Source: an uncultured Bacilli bacterium
GTDB lineage: Bacteria > Bacillota_I > Bacilli_A > RF39 > UBA660
Length of the DNA: 64,000 bases
Direction: 5' to 3'
Assembly (NCBI GenBank): GCA_934101115.1
Contig: CAKOPW010000006.1
Coordinates: forward strand, 18,632 to 82,631
The position numbers and the translations under genes are program-made. Below the pieces are notes generated by a model. That model was not told the origin of the DNA and made no database searches. It saw nothing but the letters and a program-made list of their open reading frames with translations. Below are positions 8,309 to 17,797 of the stretch, in pieces; positions within the stretch are counted from its first letter, which is position 1; every line of letters starts with the position of its first letter.

Positions 8309-9712
8309 TTATTGAGCAATTGGCATTTTAATAAATGGTGTTGGAGTATAATTTTTAAGTTTTATATCTTTATTACCAATTGGATTTTCTAATAAGTATG
8401 GATCTGTTGAATCGACATAATCTGTTGAATATTCAAAAATGCTGTCATGATTTGCAAGTTCAAGTATTGGATTATCTCTTGTAACTAAGTGTTCAAAACA
8501 TGTTTTTCTTTCAAATGATTCATCAAAATCTTTTGCTAGGTCTTCATATCCAAGAGTTTTCAAAATATCCACTCTTTTCTTAATTGATAAATCTTCTGGG
8601 GTTTGTTGAACTCCATTTTTTATGAATGCTTGATTATTATGTATATACGAATCAATAATTGGATAAATTGTTTTATTAATATTTTCAAAATATTCGCATA
8701 CTCCTGAATAATAGTTTTCAATTTCTTCATCAGAACTTGTTTGAATCATACTTATTTGTTTAAGCATTGTATTATATCTTGCTAATTGTTTTTTTATTCC
8801 ATCAAGTTGGTTAACATAAATGTGAGCATCCATTATACTCCAACTCATTGTTCCAACTTCATATCCACAAGCCTTAGCAAACATGGATAAAAGTAAGACA
8901 TATTGAGTAATATTAAACGGAAGTCCAAGTGGAACGTCAGCACTTCTTTGATGAACATATGAATGAAGTTTTCCATCTGGTGTTACTTTATATTCACTAC
9001 TCCAAACACATGATGGAAGCACGGCTTTTGGAATATGAGCGTCTTGCCATAGATTAATATTCATTCTTCTATCAGTTGGATTATTCTTTAATGTCCATTC
9101 AACACATTGAGGTTTCTTATAAATAGCGTTTAGACATCCATAAGCCTCTCCAATTGACTCTGCATATTCAAGTCCAAACCAAATAGCTTGTTTTATAGTT
9201 CTTGCATGAGCTTTTTTATCCATAACATCCTTGGATTTAACCATAGTTTGTCTACCATATTTATCTAAACGAGGAATTATTTCAATCACACCTGTTAATG
9301 GATTTCTAACTTGTTCCATTAATGGGACTTCTCTTTCAGGATCATCTATTGCATTATCGCCTTGTTCATATATACGATATATTCCATCTTCATCAACTTC
9401 CCATAAGTTCCAAGTATTATTGCCTCTTGCTCTTAACCATGATGGATGGTTATCTTGTACTGTGTGTATCCATTGTATTTCAGAAGTACTATTTTTGACT
9501 TTTACATCTTTAGTTTCAGCAATTGGGAATTCACGACCAACATTAAATTTATAGTTCCATCCTGCAATACTTATTGTATCTATTCCTGTTCTGTTTTTAG
9601 TTATTACTCCTTCTTGTAAGATTTCACTGACAAGTTTACAATATGATATATCCATTTCAGTTAATCTTACTTTGCTTCTATCAATTTTTATTTCTTTACC
9701 ATTTACTATCAT
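8309..9712 (-). CDS. thyA: Thymidylate synthase ThyA with large insertions (467 aa)
   Basis: NRTGIDTISI, FPIAETK, AYG, DRRMNINLW, LPSC (catalytic Cys), QRSADVPLGLPFNI, DAHIYVNQ, C-terminal YTPTPFIKMPIAQ; two extra segments relative to 264-aa E. coli ThyA. Confidence 0.85.
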   Translation of the reverse strand: MIVNGKEIKIDRSKVRLTEMDISYCKLVSEILQEGVITKNRTGIDTISIAGWNYKFNVGREFPIAETKDVKVKNSTSEIQWIHTVQDNHPSWLRARGNNTWNLWEVDEDGIYRIYEQGDNAIDDPEREVPLMEQVRNPLTGVIEIIPRLDKYGRQTMVKSKDVMDKKAHARTIKQAIWFGLEYAESIGEAYGCLNAIYKKPQCVEWTLKNNPTDRRMNINLWQDAHIPKAVLPSCVWSSEYKVTPDGKLHSYVHQRSADVPLGLPFNITQYVLLLSMFAKACGYEVGTMSWSIMDAHIYVNQLDGIKKQLARYNTMLKQISMIQTSSDEEIENYYSGVCEYFENINKTIYPIIDSYIHNNQAFIKNGVQQTPEDLSIKKRVDILKTLGYEDLAKDFDESFERKTCFEHLVTRDNPILELANHDSIFEYSTDYVDSTDPYLLENPIGNKDIKLKNYTPTPFIKMPIAQ

Positions 9713-9726
9713 AACTTTACCTTCTT

Positions 9727-10233
9727 TTACTTTCTAACATATAATTTTCTTTTATAGGATATTCCATTTTCATTTCCTTCATATATAGTTTTTTCATTCC
9801 ATTCGTATTCATCTATTTCAGGAAAATAAACATCTGCTTTACCTTCAGCATCTATTTCTGTAAGAACTAAAGTCTTAGCATATTCGAGCATATTTTCATA
9901 TAACGAAACGCCACCTATAACTACAAGTTCTTGTTTATAGTTTTCAATATATTCAAGCAGTTCTTACATACTATGTACAATATATATTTGTTCATTTTTT
10001 TCTATATCATTTTCATGATTTCTAGTTAACACGATATGTTTCCTTCCAGGAAGTGGTTTTCCTCCACGAAGAGAATAAAAAGTGTTATATCCCATAATCA
10101 TTTGTTTACCCATTGTATATTCTTTAAAAAATTTTAAGTCTTCTTTAAACCGCCAAATAAGGTCATTATCTTTGCCTAGTTCATTGTTTTTACCAAGTGC
10201 AGCAATCATACTGACGTTATCAAATACTTGCAT
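9727..10233 (-). pseudogene. folA: Dihydrofolate reductase gene interrupted by an in-frame TAA at 9964-9966
   Basis: N-part SMIAALGKNNELGKDNDLIWR..GKPLPGRKHIVLTR; after the stop the same frame reads ELLEYIENYKQELVVIGGVSLYE..LVLTEIDAEGKADVYFPEIDEYEW..YVRK*, i.e. the DHFR C-half; AGGAGG SD before ATG at 10233. Confidence 0.75.
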
Positions 10234-10315
10234 AACCAAATCCTCCTAAATATATTTTAACATAAATTATAGAATTGAAAATAAAAAAACACTTATTGTT
10301 TGTAACAAAAGTGTT

Positions 10316-11308
10316 TTAATTTTCCATATAATAGGCATAATATTCATCAAAAGTAAGATTAGATTCATGAACTTTTTCAGCTAATTCTTTACCTAAATAA
10401 CGATAGTGCCAAGACTCATAATTGTACCCTGTAATGTTTTGTTTATCTTTAGGATATCTTAAGATAAAACCAAATTTATAAGAATTATTTATAAGCCATT
10501 CGTAGCTTTTAGATTCATGAAATTTTGCTTGACTTGTACACTCTTTAGAATAAATATCCAAGGCAAGTCCGGTTTGATGCTCAGAATATCCTGCTCTTGC
10601 AGCTATAGAATCGGCATATTTTGTTCCTTTATCAGCTTGATATGCTTCATATACTTCTTTTTGATGAGCAGCAGAACGATATCCGGAAATAAGTATTAAA
10701 TAAATTCCCTCTTCGTATGCGGCATTCCACATTTCAATAAAAGCATTATAGGCTTCACTTCTAATCTTTTTAGGTTCTCCATAATAATATTTTATATCAA
10801 CATTTACTAAATCTTCTGGTTCATAATCTTCACCTAAACTATAATACTTATTAGCAAGTATTCCATAACCTTTTGAAAAATCAGTTTTTAGATCAGCTTC
10901 ATAATAATTTATATTTCGATGAACATTTACTAAAGATACAATACTGTCATAATCATATCCTTCTGTGCCATGATATTTGAAAAAATCTTCATCTTTAGTT
11001 ATAACTTGATCTAAATATCCATCTAGATTTTTAAACATAAAATATTTAGCAGTTAGAAAATGAGGAACAAATTCATTATATCCTAAATCTATTACTTTCT
11101 TTTGTTCATCTTCATTTAACTTTTCAAGAATTAGTTTTGTATCATCCTCAGAATATCCAAGATTCTTAAGTGCATATTCATTAGTTTTAGTATATAAATA
11201 TTCTTGATATTTTTTTACACCAAAAACTATACCTCCTACAAGAAGTATCATAACTACAAAAAATATTTTAACACTTGTTTTAAGTCTATATACTTTCTTA
11301 GTTTCCAT
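10316..11308 (-). CDS. Membrane-anchored VanY-like D,D-carboxypeptidase (peptidase M15B)
   Basis: N-terminal TM; SGYRSAAHQ, AGYSEHQTGLALD, ESWHYRYLG zinc-ligand pattern. Confidence 0.8.
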   Translation of the reverse strand: METKKVYRLKTSVKIFFVVMILLVGGIVFGVKKYQEYLYTKTNEYALKNLGYSEDDTKLILEKLNEDEQKKVIDLGYNEFVPHFLTAKYFMFKNLDGYLDQVITKDEDFFKYHGTEGYDYDSIVSLVNVHRNINYYEADLKTDFSKGYGILANKYYSLGEDYEPEDLVNVDIKYYYGEPKKIRSEAYNAFIEMWNAAYEEGIYLILISGYRSAAHQKEVYEAYQADKGTKYADSIAARAGYSEHQTGLALDIYSKECTSQAKFHESKSYEWLINNSYKFGFILRYPKDKQNITGYNYESWHYRYLGKELAEKVHESNLTFDEYYAYYMEN

Positions 11309-11337
11309 ATCATCACTCTAAAATAATTATAAAGCAT

Positions 11338-11367
11338 AAAAAAAAAGAACTCAAGTAAATGAGTTCT
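11338..11367 (-). terminator. Intrinsic terminator downstream of hup
   Basis: Stem agaactca / tgagttct plus a U-run on the minus strand. Confidence 0.7.
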
Positions 11368-11374
11368 ATATTTA

Positions 11375-11647
11375 TTAATTTAAAGCGTCTTTTAATTTGC
11401 TTCCTGCTTTAAATGAAACAACATTTTTAGCAGCAATTTTCATTGGTTCTTTAGTTAATGGATTAATTCCTTCTCTAGCAGGTCTTACTTTTGAAGAGAA
11501 AGTTCCGAATCCAACGAATGCAACTTTTTGACTTTCTTTAAGTCCTTTTTCGATTCCTTTCAACATAGCGTCTACTGCTCTTCCTGCATCAGCTTTAGTT
11601 AATCCAGTTTCAGCAGCAACAAATTCTACTAATTCAGTTTTTGACAT
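11375..11647 (-). CDS. hup: DNA-binding protein HU
   Basis: MSKTELVEFVA..VGFGTFSSKVRPAREGINPLT..; GGGAGGT SD supports the internal ATG at 11647 rather than the ORF-track start. Confidence 0.9.
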   Translation of the reverse strand: MSKTELVEFVAAETGLTKADAGRAVDAMLKGIEKGLKESQKVAFVGFGTFSSKVRPAREGINPLTKEPMKIAAKNVVSFKAGSKLKDALN

Positions 11648-11764
11648 TTTAAATGTACCTCCCATATATTTTTTCTAGTAGGTTTACCCTACATATAAAA
11701 TGTAGCAAAAAATTATCTTAAATGCAATAAAAAATAACGAAAAATCGTTATTTTTTTAATATAT

Positions 11765-12553
11765 TTATTGTTTTTCAATACATTTTATTATTATTTTTAT
11801 ATACATATCTAAATAATTAGTGTACCCTGAATATTTATCCAAATCTTCTTTAAATACTAAGTCATTTTCAACTCCATAAAGCATATGCATGTCTTTACTT
11901 TGTTTATCAATAACTAAAATACCATATTCTGAATCAAAGTCATGACCATATTTGTCATGTTTCAACTTTATTCTAAATTCAAAATTATCTTTAAAAATAT
12001 TATTTAATATGTCTATTGTTTCTTTCTCTACTTGTTTATAATTTCTTTTATCATTACATCTTTCAATTAAAGATATCAAATTCTTATATTCTTCACTTGG
12101 ATGATAAGGGTTTTCTTCATGTATTTCATCTTCTCTTATAGAACCATAGCCTAAAACTTTTACAATTATTTCTAAATCAGTTTCATTAGTTCTATCTGTG
12201 TAATAATAACCATTCAAAATAGCTTCTTTGTCCTTTAAAAGATTATGAATTATTTCAAATTCATCATTATGTTCTTTTAAAAATTTGACACTGGCATTAT
12301 AGTTTTCAAATGATTCATCAGTTTTAAAAGATTCTCTTTCATCAGCATAAAAACCAAGTTGATTTCTTTTTAAATAAATTCTTTTATTATAACAACTAGT
12401 TTCGGTTAAAATAAAACCTAAATTAGTAAATTTCATCTTATATATTGATAATGTTGTATCGATGCTTTCTAGTCTAAATCTTGATAAATCATCGATTTTA
12501 CTTAAAAATATTTTATAAAGATCTTCTTTTGAATATCCATTTATATTTAACAT
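11765..12553 (-). CDS. Hypothetical protein (262 aa), last gene of the BY-kinase cluster
   Basis: Long ORF, co-directional, terminator at ~11728-11757; no motif recognised. Confidence 0.45.
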   Translation of the reverse strand: MLNINGYSKEDLYKIFLSKIDDLSRFRLESIDTTLSIYKMKFTNLGFILTETSCYNKRIYLKRNQLGFYADERESFKTDESFENYNASVKFLKEHNDEFEIIHNLLKDKEAILNGYYYTDRTNETDLEIIVKVLGYGSIREDEIHEENPYHPSEEYKNLISLIERCNDKRNYKQVEKETIDILNNIFKDNFEFRIKLKHDKYGHDFDSEYGILVIDKQSKDMHMLYGVENDLVFKEDLDKYSGYTNYLDMYIKIIIKCIEKQ

Positions 12554-12588
12554 ATCATCACCTTTAATTCGGTTTCTTCTCTTTAGTT

Positions 12589-13314
12589 TTATTTAGATTT
12601 TGCAATTGGTAAAACAATATCTTCCTTTTTACTTTTTTTCATATTTTTTACTCTAGAGCTTATTGGAACAACTCCAATAACTGGTAAATTAGTAATTTTT
12701 TCTATTTCTTCTTCATCTTTAATGGTTGTATCAAAATAAAATGATATGAAGATAATACCTATTGAAAGTATCATTCCTATAAGGGAACCAATTACAACAA
12801 TTTTTAAAGTTGATGCTGATGACGGAATCTCACTTACTTCAGCTTTATCAATTGTACTGATGTTTTCAATTTTATAAATAGAAACTATTTCTGATGCAAA
12901 TACGTCAGCTATTTCATTCGCGATTTCGCATGCAAGTTCATTATCTTTATCAGTTACTTTAATACTTATTATTGAAGTATCTGTTATCTCACCTACACTT
13001 ACCATAGAATTTAATTCTTTATAAGTTAAATCTAAATTTAGTTTTTCAATTACTTGATTAAGAACCCTTTTACTCTTTATTATTTCGCCATATGTTGTAA
13101 CAAGAGATTTATTTAAATTGACATCACTTGTATTTATAGCTGCATTTTCATTTGCTTGATTTAAAAGAATTGTTGTTTCACTTGTATATTTAGGAACTCT
13201 AAACTTATTAACATAGATACTTGATAAACAAAAGAATATTGAAGTTGCAAAAATAATATATATTATTTTAGATTTAAAATAATTAAATAATTGAGTTATA
13301 TCTAATTCTTCCAT
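12589..13314 (-). CDS. Wzz/CpsC/YwqC-type transmembrane modulator of a tyrosine kinase
   Basis: 241 aa with N- and C-terminal TM segments around a periplasmic-type domain; adjacent to the BY-kinase. Confidence 0.7.
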   Translation of the reverse strand: MEELDITQLFNYFKSKIIYIIFATSIFFCLSSIYVNKFRVPKYTSETTILLNQANENAAINTSDVNLNKSLVTTYGEIIKSKRVLNQVIEKLNLDLTYKELNSMVSVGEITDTSIISIKVTDKDNELACEIANEIADVFASEIVSIYKIENISTIDKAEVSEIPSSASTLKIVVIGSLIGMILSIGIIFISFYFDTTIKDEEEIEKITNLPVIGVVPISSRVKNMKKSKKEDIVLPIAKSK

Positions 13315-13316
13315 AA

Positions 13317-13997
13317 CTAACCTCCATAATATGCATCATAGTATTTGTTATAGTATCCATTTTTAGTGGCTGGTACTTTATTTAAAATAACACCTGCTAT
13401 GTGTGCATTTACTCCTTCTAATGCTTTTACAGTTTTCTTAAGCATGTCTTCACTAGTTTGTTTATAAGCTGTTACTATTACAGTTGTAGATACATATTTA
13501 GTTACAACTAAAGCATCTGATAAACCAACTACTGGAGGGCAGTCAAAAATAATAATATCATAGTTATTTTCAAGCAATGTAATAAGTTTCCCCATACGTT
13601 TACTTTCTAAAAGCTCACTTGGATTAGGAGGTACCGTTCCACTTGGAAGTAAGTAAACTCCTTTAAGTTTAGTTTTTATTGTTTCAATTTTTACTCCTGA
13701 TAAATCAGATATTAAAATATTGGATAAACCTTTTCCATTGGAAACACCAAATATTTCATATTGTCTTCCTCTACGAAGATCACAGTCAATTATTAAAACT
13801 TTTTTACCGGATAATGCATAACTTTGAGCAAGAGATGCAGCTATAAAACTTTTTCCCTCACCTGGTTCTGTAGAAGTTAGCATAATCTTTTTTTCTCCAC
13901 CATTAACTAAACTAAATTCAAGATTTGTTCTGATTGTTTTAACTGCTTCAGCTACTCTTGATTTAGGATTAGATAACATATTTAATTCCTCTAACAT
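13317..13997 (-). CDS. BY-kinase (CpsD/YwqD-type protein-tyrosine kinase)
   Basis: Walker A EPGEGKS, A' IIDCDLRR, B IIFDCPP, C-terminal Tyr cluster YYNKYYDAYYGG. Confidence 0.85.
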   Translation of the reverse strand: MLEELNMLSNPKSRVAEAVKTIRTNLEFSLVNGGEKKIMLTSTEPGEGKSFIAASLAQSYALSGKKVLIIDCDLRRGRQYEIFGVSNGKGLSNILISDLSGVKIETIKTKLKGVYLLPSGTVPPNPSELLESKRMGKLITLLENNYDIIIFDCPPVVGLSDALVVTKYVSTTVIVTAYKQTSEDMLKKTVKALEGVNAHIAGVILNKVPATKNGYYNKYYDAYYGG

Positions 13998-14040
13998 ATA
14001 AATCCACCTTTTTATTATATAGTTATTATATCATGAATAA

Positions 14041-14757
14041 TCAGTTTATTTCTTCATTTTTTATGACTTTTGTAAAGTTATCCTCTAGTATTGCTTTACT
14101 TTTTTCAACACCAACACATTTTAAAATTATTTTTTCACATTTTTTTAAATAATTAAAACGATTATCAGGATGATGAATATCGCTTCCAACAAAACTGATA
14201 AGATTAAGTTTTAAAAGATTTTTAGCCATTGTTTTGGCATGACGACCGTATAAACCAGCTAAAGAAGCAAAGTTGATTTGCATTAAAACTCCCATACTTC
14301 TTAATGTATAAAAGAATTCATAATCCTTATAGTAAGCTTCATATCTTTCTGGATGAGCAAGTATTGGAACTATACCATTACTTATAAGTTCAAAAAATAT
14401 TGATTTTACTTCATTAATCTTTGAATGCATTGGTATTTCAATCAACATATATCGGCTATTATTTATAGTTGTAAGTTTTTTTTCTTTATAAAGTTTTAAA
14501 ATATTATTGCTGATATATACTTCATTACCTAAATAAATATTTATATTTAAATCTTCAGCAGATTTCTTTATAGTATTAAGTATTTTTTCGTTTTCACTTA
14601 CTTCACTTACATATTTGGATTCATCAATATAATGAGGTGTAAAAACAATATCGGTAACGCCACACTCATGAGCGTTTTTAAGCATTTCTTTTGTTTCTTC
14701 TAAACTTTTTGATCCGTCATCAACTCCATATAAAAAATGACTGTGTAAATCTTTCAT
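14041..14757 (-). CDS. PHP-family protein-tyrosine phosphatase (CpsB/YwqE-type)
   Basis: MKDLHSHFLYGVDDGS, FTPHY, AHPERY, GSDIHH metal-binding pattern. Confidence 0.85.
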   Translation of the reverse strand: MKDLHSHFLYGVDDGSKSLEETKEMLKNAHECGVTDIVFTPHYIDESKYVSEVSENEKILNTIKKSAEDLNINIYLGNEVYISNNILKLYKEKKLTTINNSRYMLIEIPMHSKINEVKSIFFELISNGIVPILAHPERYEAYYKDYEFFYTLRSMGVLMQINFASLAGLYGRHAKTMAKNLLKLNLISFVGSDIHHPDNRFNYLKKCEKIILKCVGVEKSKAILEDNFTKVIKNEEIN

Positions 14758-14788
14758 GATATCACCACTTTTATTATAAAGTTAAAGA

Positions 14789-14817
14789 ATAAAAAAAAGA
14801 ATATTTTACATATTCTT
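14789..14817 (-). terminator. Intrinsic terminator downstream of spoIVA
   Basis: Stem aagaatat / atattctt plus a U-run on the minus strand. Confidence 0.65.
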
Positions 14818-14831
14818 TTACGTTTTATTTA

Positions 14832-16310
14832 CTATAATACAATAGCTATTAATTTATCAGAGCCTTTATTTACAATCTTACTAACAGTGCTTGAAAGTTT
14901 ATAACGAGTGGAATCTTTCATCATCATTAATTTAGTTTGAATACCTTCTTTAACGATTTCATCTAGGCTTCTACCAAATATTTCACTTTTCCAAATGCTT
15001 GTAGGATCATCATTATAATCTCTCATAATATAGTCGATTAATTCTTTAGATTGAACTTCAGTTCCAATTATTGGTTCAAAAGTGGATTCAACATCAACCT
15101 TAATCATATGAATTGAACTAGCTTTAGCTTTTAATCTTACTCCGTAACGTGTACCTTGTTTTATGATTTCTGGTTTTTCAAGCATCATATCTTTTAATGT
15201 TGGATAAACAATTCCATATCCACATCCATGAGCCATCTTTAAAGCTTCAGATAAGCATTTATTTTCTTCTTCACTTTCATGATATCTTGAGAATACTTTT
15301 AGGATACTTGCTTTACTTACATTTGAATATCCGACAATATTCTTTAAAGTTTCATTATAAAGCTCATCAGAACTATCAAGGTTTAGAGAAACAACACCTG
15401 TACCAGCATCAAATTCACTTATATATGCTCGAGATATAATATCCGAATCAGTATAATAATTGATTATCGAATTAACATCACCCATTTTATTGACGTTAAT
15501 AACACTTTCTTTTATTTTATTTAGATAATGCATTTTTATTTCATTTTTGTTTGGTAAAACGTGTACCCATTCAGGAAGTTTTACTTCAACATCAACAATT
15601 GGGAATTCATCTATTGCACTTCTTAAAATATCATTGATTTCTTTTTTACCCATAGCTTCAACATTTAAAGGAATTACTTTTACTCCATGTTTTTCTTCAA
15701 TTTCCATCTTTATCTTTAATGTATCTGGATTATCTGTGTGAGTAGTGTTAAGAATAACAATAAATGGTTTATTTATACTTTTAAGTTCTTCAATTACTTT
15801 AGTTTCACCATCTATATAATCACTTCTTTTAAACTCTCCAAAAGATCCATCAGTAGTTATAACAATTCCAATTGTAGAATGATCTTTTATAACTTTTTCA
15901 GTTCCAATTTCGGCTGCCTCGATAAATGGGATTGCTTCTGGGTACCAAGGCGTATTGACTAGTCTTGGGTTAGATTCAGCATCTTCATACCCGATTGCTC
16001 CATCAATAACATAACCAACACAGTCAATAAGTTTGATGTTTGTTTTAAAGTCATCTATTTTAATTACGGCCCCTTGTGATGGAACAAATTTTGGCTCAGT
16101 AGTCATAATCTGTTTTCCATTTGATGATTGAGGAATTTCATCTAAACATTTTTTCTTATCGTATTCGTCTTCTATATTTGGAACGACTAAATTTTCAATT
16201 ACTTTTTTTATAAAAGTTGATTTACCAGTTCTAACTGTACCAACAACTCCTAGATATATTGATCCGTTTCCTCTTGCGGATATATCTTTAATTATGTCTT
16301 TCATCTCCAT
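14832..16310 (-). CDS. spoIVA: Stage IV sporulation protein A (spore coat morphogenetic ATPase)
   Basis: 492 aa; DISARGNGSIYLGVVGTVRTGKSTFIKK Walker A; collinear with B. subtilis SpoIVA, also 492 aa. Confidence 0.9.
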   Translation of the reverse strand: MEMKDIIKDISARGNGSIYLGVVGTVRTGKSTFIKKVIENLVVPNIEDEYDKKKCLDEIPQSSNGKQIMTTEPKFVPSQGAVIKIDDFKTNIKLIDCVGYVIDGAIGYEDAESNPRLVNTPWYPEAIPFIEAAEIGTEKVIKDHSTIGIVITTDGSFGEFKRSDYIDGETKVIEELKSINKPFIVILNTTHTDNPDTLKIKMEIEEKHGVKVIPLNVEAMGKKEINDILRSAIDEFPIVDVEVKLPEWVHVLPNKNEIKMHYLNKIKESVINVNKMGDVNSIINYYTDSDIISRAYISEFDAGTGVVSLNLDSSDELYNETLKNIVGYSNVSKASILKVFSRYHESEEENKCLSEALKMAHGCGYGIVYPTLKDMMLEKPEIIKQGTRYGVRLKAKASSIHMIKVDVESTFEPIIGTEVQSKELIDYIMRDYNDDPTSIWKSEIFGRSLDEIVKEGIQTKLMMMKDSTRYKLSSTVSKIVNKGSDKLIAIVL

Positions 16311-16395
16311 AATTACCTCTCCTTTATAGTTAAAATATATGTGTCATATTTAAATTTATTACATATACTAAACTAAAAAAGTGTAATTAATTTAA

Positions 16396-17184
16396 CTAGA
16401 TTTCAAATGAATTTAGAATATTTATTAACTCTTCTCGATGATTGCCTGATGTTGCAAATATAAATGATAAGTGATAAGAAATATTATTATAATCAAATCT
16501 AACTTCCCATACGTTATCACTATAATCTCCATTCATACGGATTAATATGGCTTTTGTATTCAAATTATTTATATAAAATTCTTCAGATTTAGTAAAATAG
16601 GAATAAGTTCTCCCAGCTTTTCTTTCAGCATATTTTGTTGCTATAATAACTTCAAATCTAACAAGTATAACCTCACGGTAATAATTACCTCTATATTTAG
16701 GTTGTTCATCAAAAGCATTATCCATTTTTAATACTAAAAATCCAATATTGGTGTCTTTCTTTTCATTACATGTTATTGTAAAGTCATTTTTCTTGAACAA
16801 TGAATTTCTTAAAATATTAATTCCCAATTTATCATTTAATTCATCATATGAATAACTCATATCTTTAACTAAATCAGCTTTATAATTAATGACAGCTTGA
16901 GAATCACTTTTAACGTCTGGAACAATATATTTTTTATCATCAACTATTTTCTCTAAGTATTTCACTTTTAATGTATTGAAAACATCTCCTATTTGTTCAG
17001 CATATACAATAGAAAATATTCCTACTAGTAATAGAATAAAACAACAAGATATGGCCGTTACTAAATGATGAAATCGATATTTTTCTTTTTTGTTAACAAT
17101 ATTATCATATATACAACTCTTTTTTATCTCCGATACTGATAACTCATCAAAAAATTTTTGAGTCATTTTGTCTATTTTTTTCAT
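16396..17184 (-). CDS. Single-pass membrane protein, putative anti-sigma factor
   Basis: 4-nt overlap with the upstream sigma gene; TM at ~aa 42-62; paralog of the split gene at 17798-18632. Confidence 0.55.
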   Translation of the reverse strand: MKKIDKMTQKFFDELSVSEIKKSCIYDNIVNKKEKYRFHHLVTAISCCFILLLVGIFSIVYAEQIGDVFNTLKVKYLEKIVDDKKYIVPDVKSDSQAVINYKADLVKDMSYSYDELNDKLGINILRNSLFKKNDFTITCNEKKDTNIGFLVLKMDNAFDEQPKYRGNYYREVILVRFEVIIATKYAERKAGRTYSYFTKSEEFYINNLNTKAILIRMNGDYSDNVWEVRFDYNNISYHLSFIFATSGNHREELINILNSFEI

Positions 17185-17654
17185 AAAAAATCATCTCCTA
17201 ACTTATCTTTTATCATCTTTTTTATTCTAAACAATCTAACTTCAACAGCACTTTTTGAAATTTTCAATATCTCAGCAATCTCTTTGGATGTATATCCTTC
17301 ATAATAATGTAAATAAAATGGAATTCGATATTTGGAATCAAAACCCTTTAAGATATCAAAAATAATAAAACTATCTGTATTAATGTTATAAGGAATTTCT
17401 TCTAATTCATAATTTGATTTTTTACTTCTCCAAAATGATTTTAATAAGTCCTTTGATTCATTTGCACATACTATAAATAACCACTTTTTTACATTTATAT
17501 CAGAACTATTAAACTTCTTTATATTTTTAAAGAGTTTTATAAATACTTTTTGAACAATATCTTCTGTATCACATCTATTAAGAGTATAACTGAATGCTAT
17601 ATTGTAAACATCTTTATAATATTTTTCATATATTTCTTTAAATAAATCCTCCAA
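17181..17654 (-). CDS. ECF-type sigma-70 family RNA polymerase sigma factor
   Basis: 157 aa; region 2 (DTEDIVQKVFIKLF) and region 4 HTH (YTSKEIAEILKISKSAVEVRLFR). Confidence 0.8.
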   Translation of the reverse strand: MEDLFKEIYEKYYKDVYNIAFSYTLNRCDTEDIVQKVFIKLFKNIKKFNSSDINVKKWLFIVCANESKDLLKSFWRSKKSNYELEEIPYNINTDSFIIFDILKGFDSKYRIPFYLHYYEGYTSKEIAEILKISKSAVEVRLFRIKKMIKDKLGDDFL

Positions 17655-17797
17655 AATAGCACCATCCTCTCTAACATTTTAACTCTTATACTTTATTAAC
17701 GATTAAGATCTTAAAAAACATACAAAAATTTTAGATATTATATCAAATTTAAAATTTTTACTTAAAATAAAAAAGTGTAATTTTAATGTTACACTTT

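Noticed and set aside
16311-16395. Sigma-E-type sporulation promoter upstream of spoIVA (CATATATT-like -10)
   Set aside because: It only loosely resembles the consensus in a very AT-rich context, and it cannot be supported without TSS data.
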